This document shows, one piece after another, positions 57,286 to 64,000 of a DNA stretch of 64,000 bases; positions within the stretch are counted from its first letter, which is position 1, and the number at the start of each line of letters is the position of its first letter. Both the position numbers and the translations under genes were made by a program. Below the pieces are notes generated by a model. The model had not been told where the DNA came from and ran no database searches. It saw only the letters and a program-made list of their open reading frames with translations. Source of the DNA: Eledone cirrhosa (lineage: Eukaryota); the NCBI GenBank assembly GCA_964016885.1, contig OZ024747.1:82832001-82896000 (forward strand), written 5' to 3'.

Positions 57286-57574
57286 TTATAGAGCGATCGT
57301 TAGAGCGTCGGACAAAATGCTTTACGGTATTTAGTTACGAACTTTTGCGTTCTGAGTTCAAAATCCCACCGAGGTCGATTTTGCTTTTCATTCTTCCGAA
57401 GTCAAAGTACGAGTCAAGTACTAGGGTTAATATAATCGACCCCCCCACCGCCCATTCAGAATGTGTATTTAGCACAGCGTTAAACAATGTACCATGGACG
57501 TAAAATGACCAAACAGTTAAGCTCGCTTCATAATCATTTTGTCACAGTTTCAATCCCACTATTATTTACTATAG

Positions 57575-57765
57575 GTTCGGTGAATTGGCAGTATCGGTAG
57601 AGGGTCGGATGCCATGCTTTGCAGCAGAGTTGCGGCCCTTTATGGTCTGAGTTCAAATCCCGCCGAAGTTAACTTTGCCTTTCATCCTTACGGGGTCGAT
57701 AAAATAAAGTACCAGTATTACACTGGGATAATTGCTGGCCTTGTGCCAAAAGTAGAAATAATTAT
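57575..57765 (+). mobile_element. SINE family 1, full length
   Basis: cggtgaattggcagtatcggtagagggtcgg...gagttcaaatcccgccg...gccttgtgccaaaagtagaaataatt. Confidence 0.92.
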
Positions 57766-58286
57766 TGGTAGTGTTGTTGTTGTTGATGGGGTTAATGTTG
57801 GTGTGTCCGTGAAATATATACATGTACACCAGGTCCGAACACAAAGGAACCAAACTCCCTCTGTCAGTGCCTCTGTCTCTCCCACTCTCCTCATCTCTCC
57901 CTATTATGAGCAAATGGGGGCCTACGCGCTGGCTGCCCCGTGGCCCCGGCGGACAGATTAGAGAAGGCGTTTCCCTGGCGGATGGTGAGGGAGATGCACT
58001 GGAAGAGCCATTCCACCTCGCGAGGCTTACACCTGCAGGTAGCCAATTCTGTGTCGATGGTAGTGAGTAGGGAAATGGCCCTAGAGCCAAGGACACAGAC
58101 GTCTCCACTGCTTCGGGCTCGCCCGCAAACCTGTCGGAGAGTGACGGATATTTGGAGAGTTTGCCCTCCTCGGCCCGAAGTACAGCAGAGCCTGAGTTAG
58201 CTGGAATGTTAAATTCATCAAACTAATTATGTCTCTAGGTGGAAGCAGTCCCACGGAACCTTTTGAAACGTTCCTTGATATTGTGA

Positions 58287-58470
58287 TAATTGTTTCTACT
58301 TTAGGCACAAGGCCAGCAATTCCCCAGTGCATTACTGGTACTTTATTTTATCGACCCCGTAAGGATGAAAGGCAAAGTAAACCTCGGCGGGATTTGAACT
58401 CAGACCGTAAAGGGACGTAAGTATGCTGGAAAGCATGGCGTCCGACCCTCTACCGATACTGCCAATCCAC
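58287..58470 (-). mobile_element. SINE family 1, full length
   Basis: Reverse complement of the consensus, close to the 57575 copy. Confidence 0.92.
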
Positions 58471-58619
58471 ATGAGAGGCATGTAGTCCGAGTCGTTACTT
58501 TTGAGTTTGGTTCATACTTGCAGGGCCGTCGTCGGGTTTTGAGGTTCGAGGTAAGGGTAGTTGGGGCTTCAGAACATTTTGGGGGAGGGGGTAACTAATT
58601 TCTAAGGCGGTGGCGGCCG

Positions 58620-58621
58620 TT

Positions 58622-58653
<32 letters not shown>

Positions 58654-58657
58654 AGTC

Positions 58658-58705
<48 letters not shown>
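58620..58705. repeat. (GTC)n-(GTA)n compound microsatellite
   Basis: Direct reading. Confidence 0.97.
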
Positions 58706-58706
<1 letters not shown>

Positions 58707-60039
58707 GTAGAAGAAACACCAGTATCAATAACAACAATTGCAGTAAGTAGCCGTAAGTGTAATTGAAGTAGTTATTTGTATTCCTGGTAGGTGGGAGCAG
58801 CTGTTACAACAGTACTAACTGATTGGTTGTGTTGGTGGAGTTGTACTTTGGAGAAGTTGTATTTAGACATACTGTTACTATTATTTACTTTCATCTGGGC
58901 AAAAGCAAACAAAAATATGAGAAATAATTCTCAATCATCGCTAGCCCCAATGAAGCGGGTACGGACGGTGTGAGAGAACTCTCTCTAATGTTCAGAACCC
59001 CAGATGCAAGCTAACTCGTGGTCCCAGCGGACAGAATGGAGAAGACGTTTCCCCTGAGGATAAGGAGAGAGTCTCCACTTCTATGAATTCTACAAGTATT
59101 GATATTGATAGTGCAGTCGAAGTCAGCTGTTCGAATAGTTAGCATAGCACAGCTTAATATTATTACCTAATATTGGCACACGGTCAATGAATTTAATCAT
59201 AGTCGAAAATATTGTAAAACTGGTCTCGGTGGAATTTTAACTCAGAATGTAAAGGGACGTAACTAAAAATGACAAAACATTTAATCTGTCGCTCGATTGT
59301 TCTGGTTCTTACTGATATTTAATTTATTTAATATTGACTAAAAAGAAGAAAAGAAGATAGTATGGATATGAATGAGACGCCTCCGATTATAGATCAACTT
59401 GATCAGTGGTGCCACTGAGCTAAACAACATGAACTCAAAATATATGATTTGTTGTTGCTGTTTAGCCCTAGGTTATCTCAGACGAAGCAGACATACGATC
59501 GAAAGCACTCCACCTAACTATCCATTCTTTCACTGAGATACGGTGTATCATGTGCTTATCCAGTCATGGGTATAGTGTACACACAGGCTGCATGCAAGAG
59601 CGTAGGACAAAATGTTTGCAGTATTTGTTACTTTGAGTTCAGTTCAAGTCTTGCCGAGGTCAACGTTACCTTTCATTCTGTCGTGTTCGTTAAAATAAAA
59701 TACCATTCCAGTGGGGTAGATAAGTGGAATTTTTAGAACATCGGATGAGATGCCTTGTGGTATTTGTTTGTGCTCTTTCCTATCTGAGTTGAAATTGCTT
59801 TATGGCCTACTTCCGTGGTAGACTTTAATACGCCGCCCTTTTTAGCAGCCCCTAGCCCTCGGGTGCCTTTGAACGGAATCTACCTTGTTGCAAAGATTCA
59901 GGTCCAGTGTCTGGTTTGGTGACACCTCCATTTCCCCACCAGTCTCGGAGACCCTGAAATGAATCATAGAGACCGCCCTTAAAAAAGACTGGGTTATTTG
60001 AAAATCAGCATTTTGGTGGTCACATAATACAGTCACATG

Positions 60040-60222
60040 AAGTATATGAACCTTTCAACTGGCAGCTGTTCGATGGGTCCCTTATCGATCTGAATATTTT
60101 CGAATAAAGGTTCTCTTTATTGCTGTTCTTATACAGGTTGGCACCAACTTCGTTTCTCTCTTACTATACACAGATATCAAATACACGCGTTAAATATTGC
60201 AACCTTTCAGCATTTCTCACAT
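60040..60222 (-). mobile_element. possible fossil LINE RT fragment
   Basis: CENAERLQ..EVGANL..NIQIDKGPIEQLPVERFIYF loosely resembles LINE RT domains 6-7 (LQ..GL.IN..I.IDG..IE.V..F.YLG). Confidence 0.3.
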
Positions 60223-60247
60223 TACTGCCTATGTGATCTATCTGGCT

Positions 60248-63200
60248 CTGTCAATCTGGCCATCACTGTCAATCTGGCTCTGACTGTCAATCTGGCCATC
60301 ACTGTCAATCTGGCCATCACTGTCAATATGGCCATCACTGTCAATCTGGCTCTGACTGTCAATCTGGCTCTGACTATCAATCTGTCCATCACTGTCAATC
60401 TGGCTCTGACTATCAATCTGTCCATCACTGTCAATATGGCCTTCACTGTCAATCTGGCCATCACTGTCAATCTGGCCATCACTGTCAATATGGCCATCAC
60501 TGTCAATATGGCCTTCACTGCCAATCTGTGCAACACTGTCAATCTGTCCATCACTGTCAATCTTGCTCTCACTGTCAATCTGTCCAACACTGTCAATCTG
60601 TCCATCACTGTCAATCTGTCCATCACTGTCAATCTTGCTCTCACTGTCAATCTGTCCAACACTGTCAATCTGTCCAAACACTGTCAATCTGTCCATCACT
60701 GTCAATCTGGCCAACACTGTCAATCTGTCCATCACTGTCAATCTTGCTCTCACTGTCAATCTGGCCAACACTGTCAATCTGGCCAGCGCTGTCAATATGT
60801 CCATCACTGTCAATCTGGCCAACACTGTCAATCTGGCCAAGACTGTCAATATGTCCATCACTGTCAATCTGGCCATCACTGTCAATATGTCCATCACTGT
60901 CAATCTGGCCATCACTGTCAATCTGGCCAACACTGTCAATCTGTCCATCACTGTCAATCTGTCCATCACTGTCATCTTGCTCTCACTGTCAATCTGGCCA
61001 ACACTGTCAATCTGACCAGCGCTGTCAATCTGTCCATCACTGTCAATCTGGCCAACACTGTCAATCTGGCCAACACTGTCAATCTGTCCATCACTGTCAA
61101 TCTGGCCAACACTGTCAATCTGGCCAGCGCTGTCAATCTGTCCATCACTGTCAATCTGGCCAACACTGTCAATCTGGCCAACATTGTCAATCTGTCCATC
61201 ACTGTCAATCTGGCCAACACTGTCAATCTGGCCAGCGCTGTCAATCTGTCCATCACTGTCAATCTGGCCATCACTGTCAATCTTGCTCTCACTGTCAATC
61301 TGGCCAACACTGTCAATCTGTCCATCACTGTCAATCTGGCCAACACTGTCAATCTGACCAGCGCTGTCAATCTGTCCATCACTGTCAATCTGGCCAACAC
61401 TGTCAATCTGGCCAACACTGTCAATCTGTCCATCACTGTCAATCTGGCCAACACTGTCAATCTGGCCAGCGCTGTCAATCTGTCCATCACTGTCAATCTG
61501 GCCAACACTGTCAATCTGGCCAACATTGTCAATCTGTCTATCACTGTCAATCTGGCCAACACTGTCAATCTGGTCAGCGCTGTCAATCTGTCCATCACTG
61601 TCAATCTGGCCATCACTGTCAATCTTGCTCTCACTGTCAATCTGGCCAACACTGTCAATCTGTCCATCACTGTCAATCTGGCCAACACTGCCAATCTGAC
61701 CAGCGCTGTCAATCTGTCCATCACTGTCAATCTGGCCAACACTGTCAATCTGTCCATCACTGTCAATCTGGCCATCACTGTCAATATGGCCATCACTGTC
61801 AATCTGGCTCTGACTGTCAATCTGGCTCTGACTATCAATCTGTCCATCACTGTCAATCTGGCTCTGACTATCAATCTGTCCATCACTGTCAATATGGCCT
61901 TCACTGTCAATCTGGCCATCACTGTCAATCTGGCCATCACTGTCAATATGGCCATCACTGTCAATATGGCCTTCACTGCCAATCTGTGCAACACTGTCAA
62001 TCTGTCCATCACTGTCAATCTTGCTCTCACTGTCAATCTGTCCAACACTGTCAATCTGTCCATCACTGTCAATCTGTCCATCACTGTCAATCTTGCTCTC
62101 ACTGTCAATCTGTCCAACACTGTCAATCTGTCCAAACACTGTCAATCTGTCCATCACTGTCAATCTGGCCAACACTGTCAATCTGTCCATCACTGTCAAT
62201 CTTGCTCTCACTGTCAATCTGGCCAACACTGTCAATCTGGCCAGCGCTGTCAATATGTCCATCACTGTCAATCTGGCCAACACTGTCAATCTGGCCAAGA
62301 CTGTCAATATGTCCATCACTGTCAATCTGGCCATCACTGTCAATATGTCCATCACTGTCAATCTGGCCATCACTGTCAATCTGGCCAACACTGTCAATCT
62401 GTCCATCACTGTCAATCTGTCCATCACTGTCATCTTGCTCTCACTGTCAATCTGGCCAACACTGTCAATCTGACCAGCGCTGTCAATCTGTCCATCACTG
62501 TCAATCTGGCCAACACTGTCAATCTGGCCAACACTGTCAATCTGTCCATCACTGTCAATCTGGCCAACACTGTCAATCTGGCCAGCGCTGTCAATCTGTC
62601 CATCACTGTCAATCTGGCCAACACTGTCAATCTGGCCAACATTGTCAATCTGTCCATCACTGTCAATCTGGCCAACACTGTCAATCTGGCCAGCGCTGTC
62701 AATCTGTCCATCACTGTCAATCTGGCCATCACTGTCAATCTTGCTCTCACTGTCAATCTGGCCAACACTGTCAATCTGTCCATCACTGTCAATCTGGCCA
62801 ACACTGTCAATCTGACCAGCGCTGTCAATCTGTCCATCACTGTCAATCTGGCCAACACTGTCAATCTGGCCAACACTGTCAATCTGTCCATCACTGTCAA
62901 TCTGGCCAACACTGTCAATCTGGCCAGCGCTGTCAATCTGTCCATCACTGTCAATCTGGCCAACACTGTCAATCTGGCCAACATTGTCAATCTGTCTATC
63001 ACTGTCAATCTGGCCAACACTGTCAATCTGGTCAGCGCTGTCAATCTGTCCATCACTGTCAATCTGGCCATCACTGTCAATCTTGCTCTCACTGTCAATC
63101 TGGCCAACACTGTCAATCTGTCCATCACTGTCAATCTGGCCAACACTGCCAATCTGACCAGCGCTGTCAATCTGTCCATCACTGTCAATCTGGCCATCAC

Positions 63201-63605
63201 TGTCAATCTTGCTCTCACTGTCAATCTGGCCAACACTGTCAATCTGGCCAGCGCTGTCAATCTGTCCATCACTGTCAATCTGGCCAACACTGTCAATCTG
63301 GCCAGCACTGTCAATCTGTCCATCACTGTCAATCTGGCCAACACTGTCAATCTGGCCAGCGCTGTCAATCTGTCCATCACTGTCAATCTGGCTATCACTG
63401 TCAATCTTGCTCTCACTGTCAATATGGCCAACACTGTCAATCTGACCACCGCTGTCAATCTGTCCATCACTGTCAATCTGGCCAACACTGTCAATCTGGC
63501 CAACACTGTCAATCTGTCCATCACTGTCAATCTGGCCAACACTGTCAATCTAGCCAGCGCTGTCAATCTGTTCATTACTGTCAATCTGGCCATCACTGTC
63601 AATCT
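60248..63605. repeat. 18-bp satellite, ~186 monomers, with 1458-bp higher-order repeat
   Basis: Monomer ctgtcaatct-(ggccaaca/gtccatca/ggccagcg/tgctctca); variant order repeats at offset 1458 (60328 vs 61786; 60563 vs 62021). Confidence 0.97.
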
Positions 63606-63937
63606 CGTATTGCCTACTTGGCATTGTCTATCTCATTTTCTTAGTCTATTGTCTCTATATTTCGAGTTTGTCTACTTCTGATTCAATGTTAATAATTTAT
63701 TTGTCTCTGTGATTTTCTTCCCACGCATTCTCTGTTTATATAAATATAAAGTAAATATATATGTACACACATACAAACATAGATACACCATAGCATGTAC
63801 ACACACACACAAACACACGTGTGTGTATATGTATGTGCGTACATACACAAGCACATACATATATACGTAGATGCACACGCACATACATATATATGTACAT
63901 GCGCACGCCCATACATATATGTACGTACATGCACATA

Positions 63938-64000
<63 letters not shown>

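Noticed and set aside
60238-63681. Overlapping ORFs up to 1117 aa (His/Cys-rich, GQIDSD etc.)
   Set aside because: Open in several frames on both strands because of the 18-bp monomer; internal frameshifts swap the peptides; no non-repeat domain.

Overview
Eukaryotic, AT-rich, repeat-saturated intergenic or intronic DNA. The SINE families and extreme microsatellite density point to an octopus (coleoid cephalopod) genome; this is recognition, not a database result. No intact protein-coding gene is evident, and nearly all long ORFs are translations of tandem repeats. The window holds many microsatellites, several mini/satellite arrays (two grown from SINE tRNA-like heads, one with a 1458-bp higher-order repeat), at least three tRNA-derived SINE families, fossil RTE-clade LINE and Helitron fragments, MITEs and a 99-bp histone H3 fragment. 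The main signal is a set of at least 6 unrelated short elements, mostly inserted in (TA)n tracts. They carry type I hammerhead ribozyme motifs (several with palindromic, dimer-type stem III), occur as fold-back inverted duplications, and many share a YATTGAGT motif about 30-70 nt from their 3' end. This fits Penelope-like pLTR remnants or non-autonomous retrozyme-like elements. Ribozyme folds were derived by eye and are untested.
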